Shown here: in pieces, positions 25,050 to 39,479 of the stretch
Layout: each line of letters begins with the position of its first letter
How positions within the stretch are numbered: the stretch's first letter is position 1
From: Phallusia mammillata
Lineage: Eukaryota
Direction: 5' to 3'
DNA length: 64,000 nt
Assembly: GCA_965637545.1 (NCBI GenBank)
Contig: OZ281495.1
Span: forward strand, 32,364,001-32,428,000
Program-made: the position numbers and the translations under genes
The notes under the pieces: model-generated
The model's input: only the letters and a program-made list of their open reading frames with translations
Told to the model about the DNA's origin: nothing
The model's database searches: none

Positions 25050-28000
25050 TTCTAACTTACTTTGTGATGGAATGATTAAGCGATGACGATTGGTTTTGCT
25101 GAAACATTGTCCAAAACCGTTGTATAATGTACTAACAAGGGGACCTTGAACCGCACAATATTGATTGCTTTTCCAGAATTCATGCAATTAATACGAAACA
25201 AAGCATTTCTTTGACGTCATAAACGAGTGCGCCTACGTATTTTCATTACTAATCTACCGAAAATGAGATGAGAATCTCACTAACACCTGTTTCGGATCAA
25301 CTTAAATGACAGAAACCTAGGATGGATTACCTCATAAACCTCGCTGTACTAAGCAACCAAACTTTTCATTAGTATATTTTCTGTGTAAAAGATGGCCGAA
25401 AAAATATCTTCGTTTTAGCTCCTTTATTAAGTGTTTCCCAAAATCTTTTTAGATATGAACATTTTAATCTGCTTGATGAGGTTAGCTTGACTGTACCACA
25501 CTTACAAGTTGAATCAAAAAGCTTGTAAACAATAAATGTGCCCAGTGGCAAAATGGAAATTTGCGCACACAAAATATTTTAACGTTCATATTGTGGCCAC
25601 AAACTTACGTCTCGAGTTCTTGCGTTAAATCAGACACGAGTTTTTCAATCGATGTTTCGAGTTTCACCAAATTAGCAAATTTGAAAGAATTAATTCCGTG
25701 GGGAGGAGAGGGCGGTGACTTCTAATGCTCGCGCGGAAGAATATCAAAGACGCGAAACGGATTTTTCCGCTTTAAAATCGATTTGTCGCTTTCCCGAAAT
25801 TCCCAGATTGTCGCATCGAGGCGAGGATAAAATCGCGTCCCTGGGAACGAAGTCCAGAGTTTCAACGACGTACGCTTTATAACGTCACAATGGCGCTTGA
25901 CAGAAAGACAAGGAGATGTCAGTGATCCAATACACATCATGCACACGTAACAATGGGAAGCGAGAACATAATCCGGAATTAGATTCATTGTTTTGTCATA
26001 GGAAAATCGAAGGTGGGAAAATGGGGAAAGGGCATTTTTTGGCGCCGTCTAGGACCTACGTATTATTGTCATGGCAATGTAGGTATGATACAGGCTAATA
26101 TACACCCGGGGCGTGAGACCCTTTTAAAATTGAACACGGAAAAAAACCTATCAATGTAACACATTTGGGTACATTAGATGCTCAATCCAATTTCAACTTG
26201 TCTCCCAATATTCTTTTACCTTCTGTTTGATTCACGATTGTATCCTCCCAACTGGCACCATGTTTTCGATTTTACGACTTTTTCAGTGCAAAGTGCAGCT
26301 TGACAGATTAACTGAACGGCCCGTTTGAATGAAACTTCAACCAACTTTGCTTGTGTTTTGAATTTTTTTACAAAATTGTGAACATTCAATTAATGCTATA
26401 TAATCCCTGCAACTCGAGTTTGTATTATTGGCAATAAAACTGGAAACGTGCTATATAATCCCTAAACTTCACGTTTGTTATTGATATTAGAAAACTAGAA
26501 ACTTGAGCAACTTAATCAAAATAGTTTAGGCTCTGATATTTTTCAATTATGGTAACAACGGCGATTCTGGAAAGTTAACAATAAAATACATTTACTACTG
26601 ATCTAAAGAGTGTTATGTCTGCGATTGGTCAGTTGTTTTAGTGCATTGTTTTTAAGGTAAAATGGCTCCTGTTCTGTACAAACCACATTCGTTTCACCGC
26701 TTCCGCACACGAATTTGACGAACTTGGGTGACTAACTAATAACATGAGTAAACATGAGCGTTACACCGCCCAGTCAATGACACTTCAGGGTTGTAACACG
26801 GGAGAATTTACCAGCAAGGGGTTTTATTAAACTCTCGGCGGCTCTGGTGTAAAGGCGCATCACTCAGCAAGGCTTACAAACCCTGACACAGAAGCACGGG
26901 TTGTCAGGTATCGTTGTGCGTCTTCTCACACCGGTTCGTGACCGTGCGCGTGCAGATTGGAATCAACCGGTGTGAAATTATGATTGCGGTGGAATAGATC
27001 AACACCCGCACAGGTGCGAATATTAGTGGAAGGTTATAGAATGCGACCCATTGTCCCCCGATCGGGGCCCAACCCCACAACTGCTTCCCATCGATTCTCG
27101 AATAAATAAGGAAATATTACTTCAAAGTTTTTTTTTTCAAAAGATTGAATTCGTGCGCAACCCGAACTCGCTTCAATGAATGTACAGGATATCTTGCAGA
27201 TATTTGGGAATATGAACTAAATAATGTAAATTATTTCTAGATATAAATCTTTAATAGCCAATGGGGTAAACCTTTATTAATTTGTAGACTTTAATATGGA
27301 AGAATTAGACTCGTTTCCAATTTCTACAAGCGCTCAATATAAATTCAACTAAAAAGAAGCCACGGATTAAGAAAAACTAATAATATTTTATGTTCCAAAT
27401 TACCCTTTGAGTTTGAGACCTAAGTTAGCTTGCAAAACTTTCCATTCAAACGCTTTTTGTCACCGCATTCGAAGCAAAAACATTGAGAAAGTACAAAATT
27501 CGCCTTATTTGTGTTCGCTATTTGCGCTTTGGTTTTTCACGCCTCATCACCTCGTTCGCCACTATTACACAAGTTTCTCGTAAAACTGCTCAATCTCATT
27601 TGCTGAAAGTTTTTTTCCAACACTCTCCCTCGTTATCACTTTAAACAAAGAAATTGAAACAAAAACCGCATCAACAATCATAAAATAAGTTTTCACATAC
27701 GGTTTTCGTAGTAGATCCACAAAAAAATCAATTTGAAAGTGTAAGACATAAGATATAACAGTTTAAAGTGATTTTAACTTAGTTTTTTGGTTAAGGTGTG
27801 AAATGCACAGTAATCCAATTGCAACTTATCACATGACTGACTTCTTCGGGCTTTTGAACAAAACAAATATTGAAACAACTGTCGACTTGTCGCGCAAATC
27901 TAAGTAACAGAGAAACATTCGAAACGACTTCCCCTTGTGTATGTGGAAACAAACGGGATGTGGAAGCGATCAGAGGGCAAGGAACACTTCTTGCAAATGC

Positions 28001-30663
28001 AAACAGCGAAATGCACACGACTAATACCATTACCAGGGAAACCTCAAGACTCGGAAAAGTGGCACGTTGAATATAGGGCAAGATACAGGCCGGACAGAAG
28101 TGTGTTGGACTCGTGTAAATCTAACCACCGGCTTACACAAATTGACAAACTCAAACACGTTCGGAAGGATTTTAATTTTTTCTGAAGTATAGTCGATCAT
28201 CAATTTGGCAGATGTTTATTGAAGTTTTTTGCTAATTTATTGTAAGTATTGGTTAATATTAGCTAAAATTAAATATTACAAATTGCAACCGATTTCCTAA
28301 ATGATTGCATAATATTGTTGAAAACAATTGGGCAGAACTTGGGTACAATTTCCTTAGGAATTGCCTAGTTTGGTCATCAAACCAACTTTTAGACAAAGGG
28401 CTAGAACTATATTCCCAATCTCGAATTTTGTTTATTGTCCTAACAACGACTCCCAACAGGTTGGAAAATTTCAAAACTATAAAGCACAGTTGAAACACCG
28501 AGTTATTCCGGTTTAAACAGACCTGACATTGCATTGACCAAAATACAGGTGTGTGTTAGTTGCCCCTGTGTGCAGTAAAGCTAAGTGACCCGTTTTCACA
28601 GTGTATTGCGCCCTGTGCTTATTTGTCCTGCTTATCAGCCGACACGTTTGGCATGGCACGGATGTTTAAACAAACGCTTACCGGCCACCAAATCACCGAA
28701 AGCCCTCAGAAAATGCAACGAGCCCCTTCCCTATTGTGCTTCGACCGTTACTACTTGTTTCAAACAATTGTCTTTCTCGCTGACGGTGTTAAATTCGAAA
28801 CAAGGAATTTTGAGTGGTTTCTACGATAAAACCTACACGCAGGCTTCCTTTTGCTGCATTCAATCTATATTTGATTGCAGTAATAGTTTGTAGGCATTGA
28901 CAAAGCAAAAATAAGAAAATACAACCTTATACCTTACTTCACAAAGTCAAAGCATTTAGCGAAAATTTACGAAATATTGATAATAACTTATTTGAAATTT
29001 TTGGTTAATATTTTCAAACACACCCTTCTTCCTTAAACAAATAAATTCTAAGTAGTTTTTCGTTGGCCTATGAAATTTCCGAGTTTTAATTGCGTAGACA
29101 ACATGTCAGGTTGTTTGATGACACAACAAGTTTGATCAAATTTATCCTGGGTGGTTTCAGCCTTTGCGGCTGGCAAGTAAAACAAGCGAATAAGTCGGAC
29201 CAAAATCCGATTTTAGCGTGACGGCAACTGTGATTTGAATCTGTTAAAGTCTCGCAGTAGTACGCGTGGAAATAAGCAACTAATGTTTCAAGTAACAAGG
29301 GATAATCTTGTCTAGCTGTGAGAAAGGGAGCTATCATTATATCGCAGATGAATTGTGAGAACGGTATAGAATTGTAAGAGGATTTGACATGGAGCTGATG
29401 CCAACTTACAATACGATGTGAATCTGTTATCTTAAGGGCGAACATATGTAACCAATATTGTCCGCTCTCCCGCCTATAGCTGGAATTTAATTTGTAAGCT
29501 ATTGTCCCATATGTTCAACTTTCTTGGTCTTGAGCTTGTTAAGATAGGACTAACATTATGGCTACTGTTTTAACTTGTCAAGGCGACAAAAACAATGTTT
29601 TAAATGACAAATCTTATTTATCAACCGATGTTTTTTTCTAACCCTTTGTTTTTAATTTAAAATTATTTTTCAAATTTTGTCAAAGAAAGTGCAAACCAAC
29701 ATTTTATTCAATGGACCAAATTTAAGGCAGAAACTGAACCATGTTGAAAATATTGCATCTGCCAAAAGCCTACACTCTTATAAGAGGTCACATATCCCTG
29801 CAAGGCGCCTGCAACGATTGCAAACCAAAACGTGCAGGAAAAACGGCATGTATTGGCATGAATACAAGTCTGGCGATTGCGTACCTCCAGGTTGAATACA
29901 ACACGGCCTGTTATGAGACTACTTTAACATAGGAAAATTTCATATACATCCACATTTAAAATGTTGCAATAGTTGGTTATTTAAATCCGTATTGTATTTA
30001 GTAGAAAGCGTTGAAACCGAACACTAAGTTGCAGAGACTTGTTGTAAGTGTTGCCATGCTCTGTAGTAATGACCAGCTATCTGTGCAGCTAACTAGTAAT
30101 TTGGGTTTCGACAGCTTATAAGCCACAACAGCCAACCGAAAACTGCGTCATAAACAGATCTCGAGCAACAGACGATGTCTGTGTCGTCATAAAGCTTAAT
30201 GCCACATAAGGACGCAAACACATCACATTAATGTTTATGGACGGGAATGCGAGTTAACAATGGCGCGCAACAAACTAGCAGTTGTCGTTCCGGCGCAGCC
30301 AGGTATCGCCGCCATTTTGCCGCGCAACACAATCGCTAACCCATTGTTAACATCACCAACAATGTTCCGTTCCACCCTTGACATTGGCGCGCACCGCCAT
30401 ATTGTGACGTAACACAGGATAATATCAAAATTCGTTTGCGGAAACGACAATACCTTGCTTAGTAACAGACAAACCTAAAATAAAAGGTTAAATCAAGTAA
30501 AGGGGAAAACAGAACTTGGTAAACTAATTTTGGCGACTTTTTCTGAAAATTAGCTTCTCGCGTCTAGAATGAAGTCGTTTATGAGGTCACAAGTAACTGC
30601 GCATTGTAAGGTGCCACGCGCGCTTGCATGAATTATTCAAACAATATTTTGCAGCGCTTAGAC

Positions 30664-30966
30664 CAGTGGTTCTCAACCTTTTTTCTTTCGTGGCCCACTT
30701 TCATTGCAAAAAAATTCTGTGGCCCAGTAAATTTTTTTTTTTTAAGATAGAAAGAAATCAACTATAAAATAGGTTCAGAACAAAAAACAAAACAAAAACA
30801 TTCCTTCTCAATTCCTCCCCAAGCCATTATTCTTGTAAAATTGAGTGTAGTGATACAAATGAAAGTAAATTCTTAAAAAAATCTTTCTATTTGGTTGGTC
30901 TGTGGCCCAATCAAAATGCTTCCATGGCCCACCAGAAGGCCATGGCTCACTGGTTGAGAACCACTG
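30664..30966. mobile_element. Non-autonomous hAT (Charlie/Buster-type) MITE, 303 bp, in intron 2
   Basis: TIRs CAGTGGTTCTCAACC / GGTTGAGAACCACTG; perfect 8-bp TSD GCTTAGAC at 30656-30663 and 30967-30974. Confidence 0.95.
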
Positions 30967-31117
30967 GCTTAGACGAAGACAAAACTGTAGTTGTGACAAC
31001 AACTTGGCGAAATAAAGCATTAAAATATACAAACTAAACCACTACTGGGAAGTGTGGAAATAAAACCGATTTCAACTTTTTTAGCTTATACTTTGAAACA
31101 ATTTAATTTGTACTCAC

Positions 31118-31407
31118 GTGTAAATTGCATCTTTATCTCCTTTGATAGCCATTCTGTCGGAATCGTTTAGTCTTTCTTCAATAGCAGTAGAATTTCCGGG
31201 GCCTTGACTCGTGTGCATAGGTTGCATAGCGTGAGGTGTTACAGGTCCACTGGCACTGTAGTTTGACGGCCCGTGAGGAAGATGAGAGATCGGCGGCATA
31301 GAGCGACTCAAATCCCCGCCGTATAAACCGGCTGAGCCTGATGTCGACGCGGTAATATCCCGAATTTCGGGCATGCCTCCGAAATGTGCCATCGTGTCGT
31401 CGTATTG
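31118..31407 (-). CDS. Meis: Meis exon 2 (QYDDTMAHFGGMPE...IKGDKDAIYT)
   Basis: Acceptor ttttctccggcag, donor AC|GTGAGT (phase 2), 290 nt. YDD..H.GGM and DKDAIY are Meis N-terminal motifs. Confidence 0.95.
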
Positions 31408-31610
31408 CTGCCGGAGAAAATACAACACACAACTTTAGTTAGGATTAATGTTCAACCAAGAAATTAATTCCTCTTGTCTGGGCAATTAGCGTTTATTTGT
31501 TGAAGGTGCGCAAATACAAAATGGAATCGGCACTGACGTGAAAGCAAATATTGGAACCGAATCATATGTGTCCAGCCGTTAATATCGAGTCACAAGCAAG
31601 CAAGACTCAC

Positions 31611-31628
31611 ACATGTGGCAGCTGCCAT
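31611..31628 (-). CDS. Meis: Meis coding exon 1 (MAAATC)
   Basis: ATG in AAACATGG context, 18 nt, then a consensus GTGAGT donor (phase 0). Joins in frame to QYDD of exon 2, matching the very short first coding exon of Meis genes (MAQR|YDD). A different first exon cannot be excluded. Confidence 0.75.
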
Positions 31629-32089
31629 GTTTCTCCGCTACTTCGTGCTAAGGAAGGTATCCACGTGATTTCAGAATCAAGTACAGCAACTAGTTTTACT
31701 CAAGTTACTTTTCCTGAAACCTGCAGGTCTGTATCAGTTAGTTTGACTTCTGTACAACTTGAACATTGCGCCGCTAACTCAAGTTCTTTGCACAATACGA
31801 AAGATATCTGCTTCTTTGTTCAACCCCCCTTGTCTTGTAAGTCTCCTTCTGTTTCTTAAACCTCACATTTCTTTTCTCCTTCTACACTATTTGCGCTGAT
31901 ATGAATCAGGGTTAGGGCGACATAGTCTCGTCGCCTGTAGACCAACAATATAACGTCCCTTTCATATCTCTATAAGCTTAACAATCCAACACAGGTGTAA
32001 AATACAAACACTTCCCTCCTTCCAGTTACTAAGTAATCGCGCCCTTAGCCTCGATGCAAATGAATTGCATGTTCGGGTTTTCGAAATTG

Positions 32090-32460
32090 TTGGCTGAAGT
32101 CTCTGCTGCGTTTGATTGCGTCCAAACCGGGCGCGCGCATTCTACAATACTGCGTCAATCCAGAGAGCGCGTCGCAGAGAGAAGGGCCTTCGCACTTCGC
32201 TTGGTGAAGAACGCGGCGCGCGTTGTGGGGGAAAAAGAATCTCGAATCGCTTTACCAGTGGACGTGCGCCTCGACGAATGGGAGGGGAGGACATCAAACG
32301 GGCTTGACCGCTACGACGTTCGACTCGTAGCGCGTTGCCACAATTCTACAATTACATTTGCGACCGAGCCGCGATTGATGAATGGTATCAGAACACGGGG
32401 GAATAGAATCGCAGCGTCGCGATTTCTTTGGGTTATTAGCGCAGGAAATATTAGCTAGCA
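32090..32460 (-). promoter_or_regulatory. CpG-rich proximal promoter candidate of Meis
   Basis: CpG-dense block 0.5-0.8 kb upstream of the ATG, bounded by AT-rich DNA. TSS cannot be determined from sequence. Confidence 0.4.
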
Positions 32461-35121
32461 TGACTGACATGCTATCAGTGTTTTAATATATTTCCACACT
32501 TGAACCTGAACGCAAGGGGTCAAATGTAAAATGTAATTTTAAAACGCAACAACCGCATTTACTTTTCCATAATGGACAACAAAAACAATGCCAACCAAAA
32601 TATTAAATTCATTGAACAAATAAAAGCAATAACTTCCCACATTGCTCAAAAGATACCTGAAAAAAAAAATGAAAACAAATTTGCTTCTTCGACAAGCAAT
32701 TATTTATTTTTTGTCTTTTACAAAAAAAACACCAATTATAATGTAAACCTCAGATACTTAAGTCAAGTTTATATTATTTCGAGTTGTATTTGGCCTAAAA
32801 CCAGATGCCTTTATATTTTTTAGACTTTGATTTTGTACGAGTTCTTATCCGTTAGGTGGCAGTCGACACCTCTTTGTCGAAGGCGCTACAGATTGAAAGG
32901 CGGTTGTTAGGTGAATAGCCCATTATTAGGCAACAATGCGTGAAGATAGATTACATTGTGACGAAATAATTCGTTACGTGAAATAACTTTATGACGTGAC
33001 AGCTCGTGTCTAAATAAATAATTATTTTATTGAATAATATTTTGTTAATTGTTCCAACATGTTTGAATTTTATATATTTCATTCGGAAATTGATAAGTTC
33101 AAAAATATTTCAAACACATACTTTGTTTTTATAGGGTAAGACAAAAAAATATTTGCTTTATAGCCTACCAGCAAACTATAAAAAATAAGCAAATTCAATC
33201 AAAACATTTTAATAGTTATCATGCTGCAACTATTACCAAACAAATATTGCTCCTAAAATTGGTGAGATATTATGATCGCAGCGGCAACAACCTTCTCTCG
33301 TTAACCGACTAATTTCGTGTCTGCATTGTTTGTCAACTGTGTCGTAACAATAAGAGACAATGACGTTGAGATTAACGAGCTCGCTTCGTTTGTTTTGTCA
33401 TAAAAGACGCGCCGACACTGTGACGTCACGTGCAAATCGCGACTGGAATTGTCATTGAATCGCGATTATGGAATGACGAGCGCTTATAACGACACGGCAA
33501 AATAATCACTGATTATTACGTCATTGACGGTTGTAAGCACGTGTTGTTAACGAGAATATTAAGACAAATAATCTCGAATCGCGATTGTTCTTGAATGCTT
33601 AAACAACAATAAGCCAGTTCTACAATTGCAGCTGTTCAGATTTGCATCTTAAACGCGATTTGCGAATCTGTCAGATTTTGAGGATCAGACATTTATACCC
33701 AGCATGAAGTTGAGGTAATAGCCATCTGTTAAAAGTTCCCGAAACCACATCGTTATACAGTTACATCTTGTAGGCTTTTATTCTGTGCAAGCTTGGCTGA
33801 CCTAGCTTTGGTAAATCTTAAATGCATATATCAACCTTAACCTAAAAACGCAATAAGATCTGCGCCGTCTGTTGTTGCCAATAAAGTGCATTGAACCTAA
33901 AATAATCCTTACATGCAGGCTGTGCAGCATATATTTGCTCCCTAATATGAAATACATTTCTTGCGCAGCTATTTCCGACTTGGTGATACGCAATTATGTC
34001 GCTTTTTCACCAAGCGAAATAAACTCTATTAATAATATTCCATGGTATTGCTAACCGGCGAACCTGTGCTTGGCTTGGCATCGTCTTGCGATATCTTGTG
34101 CCAATTTCGAATTGTCGAATGTTCAACGCGGGCGCGATTACTTCGCTAAGGCCGAGCGTCGTCGATTTGTGTTTATCATAGCTCGGATTACTTTTACTCG
34201 CTCGATGTGTGGCAAATCGCCCCCAGCACTCGCGCGCGATCGACGCTCTAGCTCTATGACGTCACAAACGGCATCGCTAAACTTGAGCGACGTATCGCGC
34301 TTTCGCTGCAGTTTTCGAATAACTGCACTTTTGCAACTGCATAGCTCGCTGTTAAAAAGCTTGAGTTAAAATGCTCTCTGCATCAACCAAATTTTGGTTC
34401 GATTTTATGAAGAGAAATGTATTTAATTGCATGCAGCTTGATCGGTCTGGCCAAGATTTGAACGCTTGACCTTTTGCTTGGAATGTACCGCAAAAAATCA
34501 ACGTGTGCAAAAAATATTTTTTTTTGTGGTACGATTTGAACTTCTTGCACCTCAAGTGAAAAATGACATTTATACGAAGTTTTCGTCTAATTGATTATAA
34601 GATTTTGTCCGCATGCGGCGACATGGAGCGACTGTAATAAATATTCTTGGTTTTGGCAGAAACATGTTTGTCCTTTGACCTGATGTAAGCGGCAGTTTCC
34701 CGTCAATAATGGGTTGTTTATGCAAATTAGTCAGACTGTACGTGATGTATTGTTTAGGGTGGGTTTAACTTGCTACATAGTTCCGGTTAAAGAGGATGGA
34801 TACCCACTTTGAATACCTGATTCAACTTTTTAAACTAATAAAACTTTCCTTATTGTTCTTCTGTCAAATATTGATAAACGAAAAGAAATATTATGTAATA
34901 TTCCCGGCAACAATACTGTATCCAACTTGTATATTATATTATTTCTTATTGTTTGTGCGTAGCTACCAACAAAATTGCTATTAAAAGAGCATAATGCGAA
35001 GTCGTTTAATTACTTAAATACTTCAAAAAGTTTAAACATCCAAGACTTAGATTTATCTGTTTTCGGTGGCAATTTAGTTCTAGGTTAGATACTCCAATTC
35101 CGGGTATTATATGTCCTAAGC

Positions 35122-35335
35122 CAGTGGTTCTCAAACTTTTTTTTGTTGCGACGCCTCTGGAAAAGTTTTCTGGACTTGGGACGCACCATCAAATAAAAGT
35201 TAATGAGGAAACTTTTTATTAAAGTTGTGTTTATTGATACAACAACAAAAAGCCACGAAACGAATATTCTGCGACGCCCTTGGAAAATTCAAACGACGCA
35301 CCAGGGCGTCGCGACGCACAGTTTGAGAACTATTG
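35122..35335. mobile_element. Non-autonomous hAT (Charlie/Buster-type) MITE, 214 bp
   Basis: TIRs CAGTGGTTCTCAAACT / AGTTTGAGAACTATTG (2 mismatches); 8-bp TSD TCCTAAGC at 35114-35121 and 35336-35343; subterminal GACGC repeats. Confidence 0.93.
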
Positions 35336-37167
35336 TCCTAAGCTTCATACATTTAACAACAACTACCACCCCTATATTTTAAAACTTTTCTTTCAACTCC
35401 GTTTAGTTAACAATCAAAACAAGTCTTCTTACCCCTGTTTCCATCGTTGCTCGTATTGCGTTGTTTTCTTCAGCACTTTGATATATTCCTTCGACACATG
35501 CAGTACTCATATGTGTCGGTTACTCTTGTACTTTCAAACATCAACTAATGGTTGCAACAAAACTAGATACCTAGTAAATTGCCTAACCAGACCGAACCTG
35601 CAAATGACACAAAGTTTTTACTCAAATAATCCGTCAAATATGTAAATCTTTAAAACATAACACCAACAGATGCATTTTTTAGTCAAATTACCTGACTCTA
35701 TTACCTAACAAGAAAGATTTAAACACAGAACTAATAAGATAAAACTATGTCCAAATGCTCAGGTGCGTGTCAAGGTGAATTAAATCATGTTATGTTTTTT
35801 AACATCTCAAAAGTGGTCATTCTACCCTCACATTTTTGAACTTTTATCACTAATAGTGCCTCCATATAGCTTACATTTGACAAATACGCATTGCAAAATT
35901 TTCCACAAGCTAAAAAAAATTGTTCAATGTTTTGCATCTTTACGAAAGAAATCGTGAAATTTTTTCTCCTACATATTGACCAAGGCACTTGGATTTTACA
36001 CAACAAACCGATTTACACCTGCACCCGAATTCGTGGCGCCAAAATTTTCTGTCTAAATATCATATTAAACCGTAGAATGTAATAATTGTTTCGCAACAAA
36101 CAAACAAACTCATCCAGATAAAATCAGCCACCCAAAGTTGCTGTGACGACACGCTTTCTACTTCACAAATTGTTCACGTATAATGCTGTCATCGATAATC
36201 TTATGTTTTTGTTACATTTTTGGATGATTTGCTGGGGGCTTGTTTAAATCATCAGGTTGGTACCGACTTGTTATTACTAAGACTCTTTTAATAGAAACTG
36301 TAGCTTCTTAGTAAAGTCCGTTTTTCTTTGCGTACAAAAAATTTACTTTTTGACCAAAAAAAATTTACACTGTTGACGATAAATACCAGCGTAAACCAAC
36401 AAATCTTTTCGATTGAAGACATTCAAAGTTACTAAACAAATGTTTCTTCCACCAGCTTGCATATAAGTTTTACGTCCAACTTGTGTAAAGGCATACACTA
36501 AATTCGTTAGTTAAACAATTTGCTTTGAACTCCATATAATGAAACAAATCTTAAACCAACAACTACTTTTAAAACTATTATTCAGGCATGTCCACTTCAA
36601 ATAGAATCAAGCACATAAAGGAGCACCGAGTTTTAATTTTTTGTACAATTGTTGACTCGCAAAAACTAACATCAAATTCGTAAAATATTCACACCAATAT
36701 AACAGCACCCTATCAATGTTATAGCGGCCTATTATAGCGGCCTTCCCGGTACAGCAAGGTAGTAAGCGAGACACACAGGTCGAAATCGCCCAGTTCGTTG
36801 TTTGTTGCCTGATCGGGATTAGCAAAGCTTATGGCTTCATTACGTCGGAATTGAAGTCGCTCTGCACAAAACTAATCGCAAGCTCGCCACGCCAATCATC
36901 ATCAAATCTGCTTGGCGTGGACAACTTGCGCAAAACCGACGCCACAGTGTGACGCAGGTGACGCTCATCTCTTGCATTAAAAGCTTAATATGCAGGAAAG
37001 TCTCCATCTCAAGTTGTGGGGACGCTCAATCCTACTTTGCTTATATCGCCATTTTTATTGTGTGAATGTTCACGTGAAGATTTTCGATTACTGTCTGTTT
37101 ATTTGTAGCGAAAAACCGTGGACTTTCTATCTGATTTTCGTGTGACATTTATTGAAGCCCTACCTGA

Positions 37168-37309
37168 AACTTTTTTAGTATCCAACTAAAAACAACCTAG
37201 ATTCAACTAAAGCAACCTAGAACTTTTTTAGTATCCAACTAAAAGCAACCTAGATTCAACTAAAGCAACCTAGAACTTTTTTAGTATCCAACTAAAAGCA
37301 ACCTAGATT
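37168..37309. repeat. Minisatellite, 53-bp unit x ~2.7
   Basis: Unit aacttttttagtatccaactaaaagcaacctagattcaactaaagcaacctag, itself built from two caactaaa(a)gcaacctag subrepeats. Confidence 0.92.
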
Positions 37310-39364
37310 GTCTTGAATTTAGTAACTTTCCTGACAATCATTTCACGATCTATTTGAGTCTGACAAACGCACAAGGCACAGCTACAAGCGACATGTACTT
37401 CGAAACAACGTAAAATTGAACAAAGAAAGAAAATGATTCAGAATACTTTACACTTTTCATGAAACTTGCAGTCTATCTATCTCTATCTCTCAGTTAGAAA
37501 ATTCCTGCTGGAAAGCTCTCAGAACAGGAACCTGCGTAAACGGTCTCTAGTTTGCACTACAGAATAAAGCAAGATTGCCATAAAGTGAACAAGTCTTGCA
37601 CTCCTTGACATTTCAAAGCTGCTAGCAACCTTTCGGGCAAGAAACAAAGCAAAACAACAAACATTCGGCTCAGTTTTACGCAAAGAAACTCGATTTCTCG
37701 GCAAACGCTGCATCTGCCAAATCACGAACTCAACAATTGCGCTTTGATTGTTACGTCACCATTTCTCGTCTCGAACAGAAACTTCCGGTAAGTTTGAGGA
37801 GCGCGAACTCTCCTAACATTCAACAACATTGCGCGAAATATGCTGCTGATTCTCGAACGGTGTTGGCGTTCCCTTCTTGTTACATCACAATGGGCGCCGC
37901 TTTTGTCATCTGTTCTTCATTAATGGTGATTCCACAGCGGCACTATGACCTCACAGTGACGTTTTCGCGACCGCGCTGCGATGGTTTTAGAACGTGAGGA
38001 CGCGTAAAGGTGAAAAGAGTTACGAGCGTCAAGCGATTGTGATGTCACAGAGATAGTGGCGCGGTCGAATGCATGCGACCCGAGCAGATTTGAAACTAAA
38101 TTTTACTTTTTTTCGCATGTTGTATGTTTTCAACATGCAATTGTGCAAAACACAACATAGATAAAGACAAAATAGGGTAGTTGGCGCTTTTAATGCCGTG
38201 AATGATTTATTTTATCGGAACAAACAAATGTCTAAACTTTTCTAATTAAATCTGCCTCGCATAAAACCTTACTATCATGGCAAATGGTGCAAGACTATCT
38301 GTATTTCCGCAACATGCGTACTATTCAAACAAAAGCTCTTTTCTGCTGTTTTTTGGTTCTTATTCTACACAAGCTTCCGACTTTCACATTCAAAATTCCA
38401 AACCAACAAACGAACAATTTCTTGCTTGTCTTTTTTCCCACGTATCGCACACAAAACATCTTTCTTTGCAATTGTCGCAATCACAACGTTCTTCTATGTC
38501 TGCCCAATGAATCGACTCCTTATATGACATCACTATTGCGGGTATTGTGACGCAGGGACGGGGCATGACCGCTTTGTGACCTCATCAGCGCGAGGGCACC
38601 GCCAATTTGCGAATTGCAATGTAAAGTTTACGACTCTTACGGGGCCGGCGAGGCAAAATGCAAGTGGGACTGAAAACTGAAGATAGTTGTCTTGTATTTT
38701 TTCAGATCTTTAAGCGGAAGAAAAAATGGCGGAAATTGCTTCAAAGCCAAGGTTATAACAATTTGTGTGCTGAAATAAAATTGTTTGCTGAAAATCTAAA
38801 TCAGTCCGAATCAGGTTTGAAGCAGTATCTATATCTTTGCTAATTTTCTTTTTTGTTTCGAATTTTGGCATTGAAAAAAACTAGAAAACTAAATTGACAA
38901 TTGGGTTTCAAGTTAACGGCACGAAATATGTAAAAATGACTGAACTTTATCTAGGCCAACATAAACGACAGTTTCTCACACCAGTATGAGCTTAAAACAT
39001 TTACTCAGACAGCTCGTCTATTTCGTAACAAACAAATCAGAACGAGTCACTTGTTGGTGACGCACAATGGGATTTTCTTGTGCGTTTGTTTTTTTTGGCT
39101 GACTTCCCGATAAGTCAAATTGATCATTCAACACATCATCCAACATGCTTTGCATAAAATCAAATACTTCAAAGTAACAAAGTATTTAAATGTTTTGTAG
39201 CAAAGTTTTGTGCGTGATAATCACAAAAATATTCTTAACAAGTCCTGTTTATCATTCACTGATTCAGGAAAAATTGATTTGATTTCCTTCATTCTTTTCT
39301 GTTGTCTCGCAGTTAATCTTCAAGGAGATTTTGGTTAGGAATACTATACACGGACTTGAAAAGT

Positions 39365-39479
39365 AATTTAATCAAAAACATAACTGCTAGAGTACTTGTG
39401 CTTATAGAATGTATATCGTATTAAAACGTTCGCAGTCTATGTACACAAGTGCTCTAGCAGTTATGTTTTTGATTAGATT
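39365..39479. repeat. Inverted repeat/hairpin with ~35-bp arms
   Basis: taatcaaaaacataactgctagagtacttgtg (39369-39400) pairs with cacaagtgctctagcagttatgtttttgatta (39444-39475) with one mismatch. Confidence 0.85.

Noticed and set aside
31178-31432. Alternative-frame ORF over exon 2 (also 9513-9770 over exon 8 and 320-553 antisense to exon 12)
   Set aside because: Shadow frames of real exons with no recognisable motifs.
37168-37309. Repeat-spacer-like look of the minisatellite (CRISPR?)
   Set aside because: The 'spacers' are identical, the context is eukaryotic and there are no cas genes.
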